64,000 bases of DNA, from the IMG/VR virus record IMGVR_UViG_3300041964_000148. One strand, 5' to 3'. Every line of letters begins with the position of its first letter. The first letter of the stretch is position 1. The notes under the pieces are model-generated. The model saw nothing but the letters and a program-made list of their open reading frames with translations, ran no database searches and had not been told where the DNA came from. Shown here one piece after another: positions 27,491 through 37,990 of this stretch. A program made the translations under genes and the position numbers. The stretch comes from a virus (Duplodnaviria; Caudoviricetes).

Positions 27491-29716
27491 ATGCCTAATC
27501 CTCTACCTCTCAAGTCGCATACCCTCCAGATCAAGCCCATCCCCCCAGCTTCACCAACAAAACCCGCAGTCCCCCTGGCTGAAGAGTTTGACCTCAATTC
27601 CCGCGCCACAATCCGAATGTTTCAACTGGCGCGGAAACAGGGGTGGAAAACACTGCCCAAAGTGGAGGTCGTTTCAGGGAAATTGAAAATCAATGGGGAG
27701 GCGATCGCGCGCGCTTACCCATCTGAATCAATCCCGATTAACGCCACCATCTCTATCCCCCCTTTGGATAATCCAACTGCGATTATTAAGCGGGATGACT
27801 ATTTGTCCCTTGTTGTGGTCGGCACAGAAGTTGGCGTGGCGCAGGATGCCAGCATTGGCAAAAGTTTCAGATATCGTGACCCACAAACCAAACAGATGGC
27901 AATCGCGCCTCCAGGGACTGAGAATTCCAGGGAGTATCGTTCCTTTTGGCTGCTGGCTTTAAGTGGGCAACCCCTTACACCGGAAGATATTCTGGGTTCA
28001 ACGAGCTTGGAAGCGAGTGGCGATCGTCGGGTTGCGATCGTTAACAATTTCGACTCAGGTTTCTTAGTTGCGCCTGGGCTGCGATATTGGGCAGCAGACC
28101 CCAACTGGACAAGTGGGCTGGCGTATACACTCTTGCCGGAGTGTATTGAAGTTCTGCCAATTTGTACAATTAAGAGAATCCAAAACTTCGTTGAAGATGG
28201 TTCAACCCAAGGGTTTGGGGGAGAAGCGCCTCTTACTAATGATCTTATTTCACCCCTAGCGTCCCTCGAACTAGGCGACCTGAAAACAGAGGTTGAGCGG
28301 CGGGTTTTAGAAATTTGTGCTGGAATACCGGGACGGGGCAAGACCAATAAGCGGATTATTCTTAATTTAAGTGCAGGGCAAGCCGGGGGAAATCCTGGTC
28401 GTGCTGGGGTAGCTGCTTCGTCGCCCAACGGAAGTTATTGCATGGGCAATGATCAGCGGGTTAGCTTTACTAATGAGCAGATTACCCAGACGCTGGGGGT
28501 TCAGATAGTTGTCGCGAGTAACGATGGGTCTGGGAAGGCACGATTAGCTGTTGGCTTGAACACGAATGCCCCTCTAGGCTCTATTTTTAGCCCCGACCGG
28601 ACTCAACACCGCATCTACTCGACAGATGGGGTTGAGCAATCATCATTGGGTTCTTTCAGTAACCTGGGTGGCAACGGTTCATTACAGTGGGTGGCGGGGG
28701 AAAACTCCTCAATCCGTCCTGGCAGTACCGTTTTCTTCGTGCCGGCAATCATTTATCCCAGTGGCAGCGGTTTCTCTGTTCCTCTTTCCGTCGCCGAACG
28801 TGCTTGGTACGGGCAAGGGGCGGTGACGGCGGCGTTGTCGCCGGAGAATGTGCGGTTTGGTCTGCACAACGACTTGGATGCCTTTGAGTCGCCGGCGAAA
28901 GGGGAGCCGTACATCGTAATTTATGGCAGTGAGCGAATGGCGCTGCACTATATCTATAAGTTGGTCACTGTGACGGCTGACCCTAATGGGGTAGTTTCTA
29001 TCCCCTTGGCAGAACGCGGCTGTTTTGCCTTTATCCAGGGGACTCAAGGGCGAATTGATGCCCCAGCCTACAAAGGAGTTCCATCCGGAAAGACTGTACA
29101 GGCACTCGTATACTACCCACCGAGAAGCCAGGAAACATGGCAGTTGCAGTTGAAGTACCCTGAGTATCAGGGAATTGGTGCGTCTGACCCAGCATTCCTC
29201 AATGGGGCAACTATTGCCAGTCCTGTTCAGCAGTTTATCCACACGCAAGGGGGTGGATTGTCTGTTCATGCTGTTAACGCAGTTCTCCGCGAAAGTTGTG
29301 TAGCCTCCCATCTACCTCGTGTAGAATCGGCTGTGGCTGCACACGAATTCAACGCCCCAATTCAGATATCGGGTGAAGCGTACAACGGACCCATCACGTT
29401 CCGGGGCGATATCCCTCTACTCCCAGCCCGGAACTTAGTATTTCCTAGCCCTGGACAAGTGCTGGAAGTGAAGACAGTGGCTGGAACGAGAGAGCGATCG
29501 CTTAACGTTGCCCTCTACTCCAATGGGTATCCTTTAGGCTTCCGCGCCTCGGTTCTGGCATCTCGTAGTCCCTTTCAAGTGTTCGTGGCATTTGCTGTGA
29601 AGAAAAGGGATGTGACGCGGTTGGTGATTATTACCCACAACTGCCGTGGCGCGGCTGGAGAGGATGTAATATTGGATGCAGGACAAGAAAGCGCAATTGA
29701 TATTTTTGAATTATGA
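27491..29716 (+). CDS. putative virion (tail/baseplate) protein
   Basis: Large beta- and Gly-rich ORF; likely start MPNPLP after the terminator. Confidence 0.5.
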   Translation: MPNPLPLKSHTLQIKPIPPASPTKPAVPLAEEFDLNSRATIRMFQLARKQGWKTLPKVEVVSGKLKINGEAIARAYPSESIPINATISIPPLDNPTAIIKRDDYLSLVVVGTEVGVAQDASIGKSFRYRDPQTKQMAIAPPGTENSREYRSFWLLALSGQPLTPEDILGSTSLEASGDRRVAIVNNFDSGFLVAPGLRYWAADPNWTSGLAYTLLPECIEVLPICTIKRIQNFVEDGSTQGFGGEAPLTNDLISPLASLELGDLKTEVERRVLEICAGIPGRGKTNKRIILNLSAGQAGGNPGRAGVAASSPNGSYCMGNDQRVSFTNEQITQTLGVQIVVASNDGSGKARLAVGLNTNAPLGSIFSPDRTQHRIYSTDGVEQSSLGSFSNLGGNGSLQWVAGENSSIRPGSTVFFVPAIIYPSGSGFSVPLSVAERAWYGQGAVTAALSPENVRFGLHNDLDAFESPAKGEPYIVIYGSERMALHYIYKLVTVTADPNGVVSIPLAERGCFAFIQGTQGRIDAPAYKGVPSGKTVQALVYYPPRSQETWQLQLKYPEYQGIGASDPAFLNGATIASPVQQFIHTQGGGLSVHAVNAVLRESCVASHLPRVESAVAAHEFNAPIQISGEAYNGPITFRGDIPLLPARNLVFPSPGQVLEVKTVAGTRERSLNVALYSNGYPLGFRASVLASRSPFQVFVAFAVKKRDVTRLVIITHNCRGAAGEDVILDAGQESAIDIFEL

Positions 29717-29967
29717 ACAACAACGAAGAAACAATCGAAATCCCAAAGTCTATTGTCATGGAAGTAATGGAGAATCTTCAAAAAACATATGGGTTGCTAA
29801 AAAGCACGGAGAAGGTTGAGGAAAAGGTTCTACCACTTCGGGTAGGGCGTGCAACGGAACTAACTCAGGTGACTCTCAAGAATTTGTCGCAGGTTATCCC
29901 GGAATTGAAGGACAAGCCGGTAGAAAAGTTGCTCCAAGAAGGTATAGACCTAGCTGAAGAGCAATAA
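29713..29967 (+). CDS. hypothetical protein
   Basis: ATGA-coupled. Confidence 0.65.
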   Translation: MNNNEETIEIPKSIVMEVMENLQKTYGLLKSTEKVEEKVLPLRVGRATELTQVTLKNLSQVIPELKDKPVEKLLQEGIDLAEEQ

Positions 29968-29976
29968 TCAAAATAA

Positions 29977-30210
29977 TCAAGCAACCTGAGATTGAGATTG
30001 CAGAACAGAGGCAGTCGGCACTAACTTCCAGCCGGACTGCCTTAATTTTTGATAAGTTGCCCACCCTTTTGAGCCACGAGCAATGCGACAATCTGGTACA
30101 GCGTATTGTCTCAAGCTCGTATAGGGAACCCAATGACTCTCACTTGTAACTTTTAGATGGAGGATTTTCTCGGAATTTCCGCCTAGGGGAGCCAACCAAC
30201 ACATTTGCAT
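29977..30210 (-). CDS. small conserved cyanobacterial-type hypothetical protein
   Basis: W.PY...VPD...SKGWATYQKL...GW.L. Confidence 0.6.
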   Translation of the reverse strand: MQMCWLAPLGGNSEKILHLKVTSESHWVPYTSLRQYAVPDCRIARGSKGWATYQKLRQSGWKLVPTASVLQSQSQVA

Positions 30211-30335
30211 AAATTTCGTCCAAAATTTACATCAGATTAGCGTATTCTTGAGACTGAAGAAATAACATTTTGCGAAGATTCTGAGAGAAAAAATGAGTGG
30301 CAAGCCCTCGTGGCTTGCCACTTGGCGAAACAAGA

Positions 30336-30614
30336 TTAACTATTGATTACATCAGGGTGGGGTATGCTCCAAACATCATCCAAAACCTCTAATTCATCGG
30401 TGTCGTCAATTGTTGTGTGATCTCCATCACCCCAAAAACAAATTATTTGCCCTGATCGCCATTCTGAACTTAAACTTTCGCACAGCCGCATACAAACGCC
30501 TATATCACCTTGACATGGATTAATCATTCGCACTCTGACACAAGGTTGAATGTAATCAACCCTCTCGTCAGAAGAACTCCAACTCATAAATTCTTTGAAC
30601 TCTGCACCTGTCAT
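30336..30614 (-). CDS. hypothetical protein
   Basis: ORF track. Confidence 0.55.
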   Translation of the reverse strand: MTGAEFKEFMSWSSSDERVDYIQPCVRVRMINPCQGDIGVCMRLCESLSSEWRSGQIICFWGDGDHTTIDDTDELEVLDDVWSIPHPDVINS

Positions 30615-30709
30615 GTGTCTTTTCCCTAAACATCAATTGGTTATGCTCTCGCTTATCGGCAACCCTAGTGGGATTTGTCTCTTAGCGCAAACAAATTGTT
30701 ACAATTGTA

Positions 30710-31117
30710 TTGAAGTTATGGACAAAAAGACATGGTAGCATTTTGGGAAATGGCTTGTTAGTGGTCTACCACTTACAGGAAGAAGTCTTTGTGTATTTTG
30801 ACTTCTGTTGTTTCAATCCCACTGATTTTGGTTCTTTTAGGGGATTTTATTCTGATCTGGCAATTGGATATGAACAGTTGCCAACTCCGTCAACAATTAA
30901 AGATTTTCGGCTTAAATTACAGGCGATCGCTAATGGTCAAACATTCACAGGATGGAAAGGAGGCAGCTACAATATGGACGGAGACTCAAGGATATGGGTC
31001 GCAAATTCAGGAGAGGCAACTGAAACAGTATTGATTGACGCTATATATATCCCCGACAACGAACGGTTAGTACTAAAGACCGACTATTTTCCCTATTCGG
31101 AAGTCCACTGGGGTTGA
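30710..31117 (+). CDS. hypothetical phage protein (start uncertain)
   Basis: SFRGFYSDLA..G.TF.GWKGG.Y.M..WVA pattern; stop codon supplied by the IS end. Confidence 0.65.
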   Translation: MKLWTKRHGSILGNGLLVVYHLQEEVFVYFDFCCFNPTDFGSFRGFYSDLAIGYEQLPTPSTIKDFRLKLQAIANGQTFTGWKGGSYNMDGDSRIWVANSGEATETVLIDAIYIPDNERLVLKTDYFPYSEVHWG

Positions 31118-32577
31118 CGTACTCCCTCGGCTGAAGCACGAGGGATTCTCAAAGGATGTTACGAGGCAGGCTGAAGCCGTGCCTCTCCACCCTTTTTCCT
31201 GCTTCGCAGACTCTTAACTAGACCGTTGCCAGTCCCCGTCAGACCGTCTCCACAGGCAATTTCTTCCACGCTGCGTCCCAGCGCAGAGATCCCTCTATTG
31301 CGGATCACTTGTGCTGCTGCCACATCCCGATGGGTTGTGTAGCCGCATTCAGGACAAGCATGAAGCCTGTCGCTTAGTTCTTTCTTTCCGGTATGCGTAT
31401 CGCATTGAGGACACACTTGCGAGGTGTAATCCTTATTCACCTTATCGAAGTAAACACCCCGTTTCCAGCACACCCATTGCAGAATTGAAACGAACTGTCC
31501 AAATCCAGCATCAAGGGTATGTTTACCAAGCATCCCTTTTGCCCAAGTGCGGAAGTTGATATCCTCAACAAACAGCATTCCAGCTTCGTCACAAAGTTTG
31601 TGAGCCAACTTGAAATGCCAGTCTTTACGAGTGTCCGCAATGCGCTGGTGCAATCGTGCAATTTTCCGAGTGAGCCTGTGCCGATTATTTGAGCCTTTCT
31701 GCTTGTGCTTCAGCCTGCGTTGCAGCAATGTCAGCTTGCGTTGCAGTTCTTGAAGGAAACGAGGGCGTTCAATCAGCGCTCCATCAGACGTTGCAGCAAA
31801 TTTGTCTAACCCTAAATCAATCCCCCTCGGATGCCCACTAGGGACAGGATCAGGTATATTTACATCACATTCAAGCGTGAACATCAGGAAGTACCCCGAA
31901 GCCTTACGAACCACCCGAACCTGCTTCACGATAAAGCCGTCCGGGATGTCGCGAGACTTGACGTATTCCACCCACCCCAACTGTGGCAATTTGATTTGAC
32001 TCCCCTTCAAGAATTGAGACTTACCCAACTGCGGATACACAAATGAGCGCATCCGATATCGGTTCTTGAATCGGGGAAACCCCAGACCTTTGCGCTTCAT
32101 GTCGATAAAAGCGGTTTCCAGCTTTCTCAGAACTTGCTGCAACACCTGAGCATTCACAGTTTTAAGTTCTCTTAATTGCTCTTTTGCCAGTGTTAGAGAC
32201 TTGGCTTGAGCGTTGTAGTTAGGGTAAGGTTCATCAGCCGAGATGATGTACTCAGAAATGATGGAGCAAGCATTTACCGGACATTTACGAGAATTAATCC
32301 AGTCTTTGCGTTCACGTAAAGCAAAGTTCCAGACTTTTCGACACACCATTAAAGTGTGTTCGATTAGCTGGACTTGCTCATCTGTCGGCATTGCTTTGTA
32401 CTCGTAAGTTAGGGTTAACACTGCTTTCACCTCCTTCTACAAATCATACCCTAGCTTTGTAGAAGTTGAGACAAAGCGTAAATACTCTTACGATTAAACC
32501 CGGACAAACAGAGGGCTAAAGCCCTGAGTTAGCTTTCATCCCCCGGTTGAAACGCGGGGGTTCTCAGCATCTTTTCG
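31114..32577 (-). mobile_element. IS200/IS605-family element (tnpB only)
   Basis: Right end hairpin ending ..GTCAA; left-end hairpin with GGGGATGAAAGC as in the element at 10102; preceded by TTTAT. Confidence 0.8.
31159..32430 (-). CDS. tnpB: RNA-guided endonuclease TnpB
   Basis: GIDLG / FVEDI / HRDVA; CPQC..CPEC. Confidence 0.93.
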   Translation of the reverse strand: MKAVLTLTYEYKAMPTDEQVQLIEHTLMVCRKVWNFALRERKDWINSRKCPVNACSIISEYIISADEPYPNYNAQAKSLTLAKEQLRELKTVNAQVLQQVLRKLETAFIDMKRKGLGFPRFKNRYRMRSFVYPQLGKSQFLKGSQIKLPQLGWVEYVKSRDIPDGFIVKQVRVVRKASGYFLMFTLECDVNIPDPVPSGHPRGIDLGLDKFAATSDGALIERPRFLQELQRKLTLLQRRLKHKQKGSNNRHRLTRKIARLHQRIADTRKDWHFKLAHKLCDEAGMLFVEDINFRTWAKGMLGKHTLDAGFGQFVSILQWVCWKRGVYFDKVNKDYTSQVCPQCDTHTGKKELSDRLHACPECGYTTHRDVAAAQVIRNRGISALGRSVEEIACGDGLTGTGNGLVKSLRSRKKGGEARLQPAS

Positions 32578-32752
32578 ATAAAAAGTTGCCAATAAGCGAT
32601 CGCACACCCTTCCTTCCATCACAACCGACAAACCCACCGAAGCTGCATTCGGTGGGCTTTTGCTTTCATCACGGAGAACCGTGACGATGAAAAGTCACTT
32701 TTAAACTTTAGTACTTCGTTATAATACATATAGACGTTATTTAAAGCAAATC

Positions 32753-33283
32753 ATGAATTGGTCAATAAAGAACACTGTTGCTGAATCCCTTCGGCTACCA
32801 GTAGGAGAAAGGTTTTCCCCTGGAGGCTTCAGATGTGAGGATATGCCCGATATGACAGAAGAAGCGGCAGAATACCTAATTAAAAAGGATTGGGAAGGTG
32901 AAGTTAGAACACAATCAGAAATAATAGTTATTGCTCGATTATTAGGAGCATTTGAAGGATATATCGATTTCTTGTTAGTCCCAAACCCTGAAACTATTAC
33001 ACCTCAACCAAAGAGTAGTAAAGATCCTCTTGGGAGCGTAATGGGAGAAAAAAGACAGTTACTGGCGCATCAAATTATTAAAAGATGGCAGCCTTTATTT
33101 GGCTCAGGATGCTTTCCAGATGCCAGGTTTATGGCTGATCTAATTGACGAATATATTCGGATTGATGAACAGGGCTTACTAAGTGAGATTCTTACTGGTA
33201 GAGCCTTTGAAGATGTCCCGAATTGGTTGATTCTACACCACCTCTGCGAAGTGGCACGAGTTTACTACTCAAAACACAGGTAA
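32753..33283 (+). CDS. hypothetical protein
   Basis: GTTATAAT promoter, AAAGCAAATC leader, downstream terminator. Confidence 0.7.
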   Translation: MNWSIKNTVAESLRLPVGERFSPGGFRCEDMPDMTEEAAEYLIKKDWEGEVRTQSEIIVIARLLGAFEGYIDFLLVPNPETITPQPKSSKDPLGSVMGEKRQLLAHQIIKRWQPLFGSGCFPDARFMADLIDEYIRIDEQGLLSEILTGRAFEDVPNWLILHHLCEVARVYYSKHR

Positions 33284-33372
33284 TAACTTCGCGATCACTT
33301 GAAATAACCCCCCGAAAATATTTTTCGGGGGGTTATTTTTTTCGCCACGGTTCTCCGTGATGAACAACACAA

Positions 33373-33603
33373 CTACCAAAACTCATTGCCAACAGGTGAC
33401 CCCCAATCCGTTGGTCTATGGCAATTCTCTGGGGTCACTCCCTCTAATAACTCTTCCAACGTATAGCTCGGCACTTGAGATTTTTTAATCTCAACCAATG
33501 TTACCGATTCAACTTCTCGCAGCATTGCCGCGATTTGTGAGCTAATCTGTTGAGGAAACTCCGATTCAACACAGACCTTAATAATCAAAGTTGTTTCTGC
33601 CAT
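33373..33603 (-). CDS. orphan antitoxin-like protein with MazE C-terminal toxin-binding segment
   Basis: YTLEELLEGVTPENCH..DWG.PVGNE.W matches the MazE/ChpAI tail; no AbrB motif; no mazF adjacent. Confidence 0.7.
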   Translation of the reverse strand: MAETTLIIKVCVESEFPQQISSQIAAMLREVESVTLVEIKKSQVPSYTLEELLEGVTPENCHRPTDWGSPVGNEFW

Positions 33604-33654
33604 GAGGCGACTTCCCTCTTAACAATAAAGCAATTGTAGCAATCAATTAATGCG

Positions 33655-36525
33655 ATGCCCTATTCTCGTCGAGTCTATGACCTGCTCCCCATTTTTGCGA
33701 GAATGGTGGATGAAGAACGCGGACTATTGCGCCATATTTGCGACTGGGGCATCCAGCCGGAACTGGATGAACTCTATTCCAAAATCCAGCTTCAAGAGTA
33801 CTTCTACAATCCAGACCACCCTGCGAGTTGGGGACATCTAGACTGGCTTGGGCAATTTGTCGGGCTTGGCATCCTAGACGGGCATTGGCTCGGAGTCGGA
33901 CTTAAGCCCAGTTGGTCGATCGCCACAAAAGTCGATGTTATTAAGCGGGCATGGAATTACTGGCAGATTAAGGGAAGTGAGGCAGGTATTCGGGAGGCGA
34001 TCACAATGTGGCTGCGCTTCCAGGATAAAAGTCGCCTCATCCTCCACCTTCCCTTTGGCACGATTCCGACGGATGAACCACCCAACTGGCACGGATGGAA
34101 TACTCCTTATGATATTTCCCTCAACCAAACTTTTCCTGAGAAGCAGCGGATGGGTTGGGGGAATTATTGGGGCAATCATCACCAGCCGGACTACTATACC
34201 CTGCAAGCCGATTGGGAGTGGGAGTGGGGACAGTTAGTTGATTCCGGTGGGGGCGACTACGCGGGGGAACCCTGGCAAGACAGGGCAAATGAGGATGGAG
34301 AAATTGTCCGCGAACTCGACTATGTAGCGCCGCCTGATATTTACATGGAACGCTCACGCCTGGGCGATCGCGAACTATGGATGCATTTTTATCTCAAGGA
34401 GTCTGAGTGGAACCGCATCTTCCCTGATATCTTTGAGCTAAATCTTGAAACTATCCCCATAACCACAACTGCTTCTGTATTTGGTTGGCTCCAAGGAATC
34501 CGGCAACCTGCCATTCAACCATTAATCCAAGCTCCTCAGTCGATTGAGGACATGACGGTAACGGAGATTGAGTTTGATGGGATGCAGTGGGGGCAGCTAC
34601 TGGCAACCGAGGGTTGGGTACTGCCGGGGGGCGCCTGGGCTTATGCCGGAACTTTATGGCCTTTTGATGTTGCCGACCCCTACACGACGATAGAAACAGT
34701 AGAGTCCAAAATTGAGTGGGGCGTGTGGGAACCGGAACTGTGGGATGGGCAGCCGTGGGGAGCGGTGATTGGAGAAGCTGTAAATCATGAATCTCTCTCA
34801 ATTTTCTTAGATGATTTACAGCCGATGCCGACCCTGAAAGGTGAGACGTTGAGCATTGAGACGAGGGACTTGCCTTATTACTCAGAGGCTGCCCCTAATT
34901 ACTGGTACGCTCCCTGGGAAGAGCGAATAATAACTGAAACGGTTACGGTGCAGCATCCTGGGACTGGGTGCTTGGAGGGCATTCCAATTAAGTTTGATTC
35001 CACTCCCGACATCCTGACTATATCTTTAGGGCGATCGCTCTCCCAAGTGACGAACCAGCTATTTGTCCCCTATGAGGAACCGGGGGAACCCAGGGTCGTT
35101 CCAAACGACTCAGTAGAAACACTGAGTATCAGCATTCCTCGCCCTGATTCTGGAGGATTCACTAATGCCTCCGCGCAGGTTCAGACGGTGGAGAGTGGGA
35201 TCTGGATGGATGCCTTATTTTTTGATATGGGAGGAACTGTTGAGCCACCATTTGCTCCTGCCTACGTAGAACGAAGTATGCCGATTGATGGCTTTGACTT
35301 GGGAAATGTCGAGGGATTCCAGCCGGGAAGAACCCAAGGAAATTACCCTATCCCACCTGGATTTGAGGAAGCGGTGATTATTGAAAATGACTTTTTCTCG
35401 CACTCCTCCCTTGAGGGAGAAACCTTAAGTGCAGGGGATCTGACCGACTTGATAATCCCGACAACACGCACACAGATGGAGATGGTAGAGCCAGTTGGTA
35501 TTGCAACCTATGGCGGTGAGTACGAGGAGTATTCGTACTACTACGATTCTGGCTTTACTGGGGATATCAGTGAGGTAGCTATCCCAATGCAGACACTGAG
35601 CATCAACACCTCTCAATGGGCGGCTGTCGAGACACTCTCCGCTACACCGGAGGTTGACGGGTATCTGTGCAATGTTTTTGCCGGATGGAGCACCCTAACC
35701 CCGACGAGCATTAATCAGTACAAGGTGGAACCGGAAGGGGAGGATAGCTCAATATTTGAAGCCTATCCCCTACTTGCCCAAGCCATTGATGGGGAAAGCT
35801 GGAAGTTGCTGGTAGAGACAGAAGAAGAATTCTATATCCTTCAACCTGTAACGATGTTCTGGAAGGAACGGGGGCGGCAAATTCCGATTGGGAAGGAAGT
35901 AAGGCGATCGCAAATCTTCTCGTTTGAGGAAGGGATGACGGACTTGTATTTGGAGTTTGTCTTCCAGCCAAAAGTTGACACCTACATTCACTCTGCCTCG
36001 CTGTCGTTGGCGGGTAAGCTGATCCAGCATCAAAACTACTACTACAAACTCAACGCGCCCGACGAGGCGTATATTGGGTTCGTTTTTGATGTGCCGTTCC
36101 GGTTGCCGAGTGGCGCCGGTTCACCGCAAGAGGAAGTACTACTCGAAGAAATTCTGCCCAACTTAACCCAGGAGCTATTACAGCTTGCTGGATTACCTAC
36201 TAACTCTGGGTTAGTACCTACGCCTGTGATTACTACCTTGCCGACTGAGCCTGTTGTTTCCCCCGAAAGTTTGACAGATATCTTGCGATCGCTTCGTGAT
36301 TTGATCCGTGAAAAAGGTGGAGATAAGCACTTCCCGTTCACAATTGAATTGCCAAGTACAGATGTGGAAATTGTCCATAATTTGGGCAAGTATCCGTCTG
36401 TGACGTTCATAGATACTGTTGATGGCGAAGGTAATAAGTCTTACGGAGATGTTAGATACATTGACCGAAATACGATTGTTATTTCGTTCTCTGATCCAAC
36501 TATTGGGCGAGTGTTCTGCAATTAA
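33655..36525 (+). CDS. phage baseplate/tail protein (P2 gpI-like N-terminus)
   Basis: YDLLP..LDWLGQFVG..KGSEAGI; C-terminal HNLGKYPSV..D.NTI.I.F domain. Confidence 0.7.
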   Translation: MPYSRRVYDLLPIFARMVDEERGLLRHICDWGIQPELDELYSKIQLQEYFYNPDHPASWGHLDWLGQFVGLGILDGHWLGVGLKPSWSIATKVDVIKRAWNYWQIKGSEAGIREAITMWLRFQDKSRLILHLPFGTIPTDEPPNWHGWNTPYDISLNQTFPEKQRMGWGNYWGNHHQPDYYTLQADWEWEWGQLVDSGGGDYAGEPWQDRANEDGEIVRELDYVAPPDIYMERSRLGDRELWMHFYLKESEWNRIFPDIFELNLETIPITTTASVFGWLQGIRQPAIQPLIQAPQSIEDMTVTEIEFDGMQWGQLLATEGWVLPGGAWAYAGTLWPFDVADPYTTIETVESKIEWGVWEPELWDGQPWGAVIGEAVNHESLSIFLDDLQPMPTLKGETLSIETRDLPYYSEAAPNYWYAPWEERIITETVTVQHPGTGCLEGIPIKFDSTPDILTISLGRSLSQVTNQLFVPYEEPGEPRVVPNDSVETLSISIPRPDSGGFTNASAQVQTVESGIWMDALFFDMGGTVEPPFAPAYVERSMPIDGFDLGNVEGFQPGRTQGNYPIPPGFEEAVIIENDFFSHSSLEGETLSAGDLTDLIIPTTRTQMEMVEPVGIATYGGEYEEYSYYYDSGFTGDISEVAIPMQTLSINTSQWAAVETLSATPEVDGYLCNVFAGWSTLTPTSINQYKVEPEGEDSSIFEAYPLLAQAIDGESWKLLVETEEEFYILQPVTMFWKERGRQIPIGKEVRRSQIFSFEEGMTDLYLEFVFQPKVDTYIHSASLSLAGKLIQHQNYYYKLNAPDEAYIGFVFDVPFRLPSGAGSPQEEVLLEEILPNLTQELLQLAGLPTNSGLVPTPVITTLPTEPVVSPESLTDILRSLRDLIREKGGDKHFPFTIELPSTDVEIVHNLGKYPSVTFIDTVDGEGNKSYGDVRYIDRNTIVISFSDPTIGRVFCN

Positions 36526-36594
36526 AACTAAGGTTGCAAAATGTTACGATAATAGTACGCCCCTATCGGGCAACATTCTATTCAAAGCAAAACT

Positions 36595-37575
36595 ATGAAC
36601 ACAAGAAAAAGATTTGATGCGGTTATTCAATACGAAGATCGTGTTGAATACCGAGATGAGTACTGGTTAGTAATTGACGGGAAAATTGCAAGCCGTAGAT
36701 TTTATGAAGGAGTCTGTGAAAGCGGTCTTACACCCTTAGAAGTAACGACTGCAATAAACGCAGCCCTTGCATCTGTGGGTTCCAAAGCCCTGACTTTTGA
36801 AACCTTAGATTGGACAGAAAAGATAAACGATGCCGCCCAATACTTTGGGTGTGATGAGCGAACTGCGCTTGAAAAATTGCTGGAAGAACGCAATGCGGCA
36901 ACAATCAATGAAGTCGAGAAGGTAACTCCAGAAAAAGTATCAGAAATGGAACTTGCTGTGAAGATCGTCTTCACAGATCCAATCCAGGATACGGAAAAAG
37001 TAATGCAGAACGTCTGCGACGCTTTAAAGTATCAAGTAGAGTATGGATTGGGGTTAGTTGCTGAGGACGAAGAAGAAGGTTGCACCCAAACTGTTGTTGC
37101 GGCATTCCAAGGTAAGGAATATCTTGCCCTAAACTATCGACCAACGCCAAAATTGTTGACTGACGAAGAGTATCTGAGGCTCTCTCGTCTCTTTTTCGGT
37201 ACAACTAAGCCAACAGCAAGACTGTTCCGATTCCACCCTGGAACAGCCGAGCTAATGAAAAGAGCGGATCGTTACAGGGATGCATTGCAATCTTTAGAAT
37301 ACGAAGAGTTCTGCCGAACTCTGTCGGAGCTAACTAGCACCCCGCAGCCTTTCACTGTAGACGGGCTGACGGCAAACTGGAATGTTGTTTACCACTATGT
37401 AAACAATCCCCAACAATCGTCTCTTCTTCTTGTAGAGATATTAGAAGCCGCTAACGCAATCGTTGATCTTCCGATTACACCTGAAGTAATTGACTCACTG
37501 GATATCAGTGAACAAGCGAAGGTTGAATTGGTTGGTAAAGGGTTGGCAATTATTTGGTTTAAAACCCAGATTTGA
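36595..37575 (+). CDS. hypothetical protein with FTDP domain
   Basis: Shares KVSE..KIVFTDPIQ segment with the next two genes. Confidence 0.7.
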   Translation: MNTRKRFDAVIQYEDRVEYRDEYWLVIDGKIASRRFYEGVCESGLTPLEVTTAINAALASVGSKALTFETLDWTEKINDAAQYFGCDERTALEKLLEERNAATINEVEKVTPEKVSEMELAVKIVFTDPIQDTEKVMQNVCDALKYQVEYGLGLVAEDEEEGCTQTVVAAFQGKEYLALNYRPTPKLLTDEEYLRLSRLFFGTTKPTARLFRFHPGTAELMKRADRYRDALQSLEYEEFCRTLSELTSTPQPFTVDGLTANWNVVYHYVNNPQQSSLLLVEILEAANAIVDLPITPEVIDSLDISEQAKVELVGKGLAIIWFKTQI

Positions 37576-37639
37576 GGCTAACAAAAGGTAAGGAATATCT
37601 TGTCGCCAACTATCGACCAATCCAACAAGAGGACAAAAC

Positions 37640-37867
37640 ATGGATAACCCAAGAGTATCAAAAGTAAAAATCGAGCTGCAAATTGACTTTACAGATCCTG
37701 TTGAAGGCGCGGAACAAGTGATGGAAGGCACTTGTGAAGCACTCCGAAAGCTATTGCAAGAGCGTGGGCTAATTCTTGATGAAATAGAAATCGGTACAAT
37801 GGATTTTCGCGAATCGGGGAAACATACCTCGATATGGCAGTTAAACACTAAGCCCTCCGAAAATTAA
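37640..37867 (+). CDS. hypothetical protein with FTDP domain
   Basis: RVSKVKIELQIDFTDPVE..CEAL. Confidence 0.65.
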   Translation: MDNPRVSKVKIELQIDFTDPVEGAEQVMEGTCEALRKLLQERGLILDEIEIGTMDFRESGKHTSIWQLNTKPSEN

Positions 37868-37990
37868 GCCGATCACGCTTAAAAACAAACCCGCCTAAGT
37901 AATCATTTGGGCGGGTTTTGTATTTGCATAAATGTTAAAATCAAAGTATGGCTACAAGCCTAATTAGTGCAGCCTTTTTAAAGCAAAACT

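Noticed and set aside
27693-29311. Long shadow ORFs (e.g. 27799..28428, 28709..29311; also 54813..55475)
   Set aside because: They lie antisense to, or nested in, better-supported genes and have no motifs, unlike the methyltransferase beta frames
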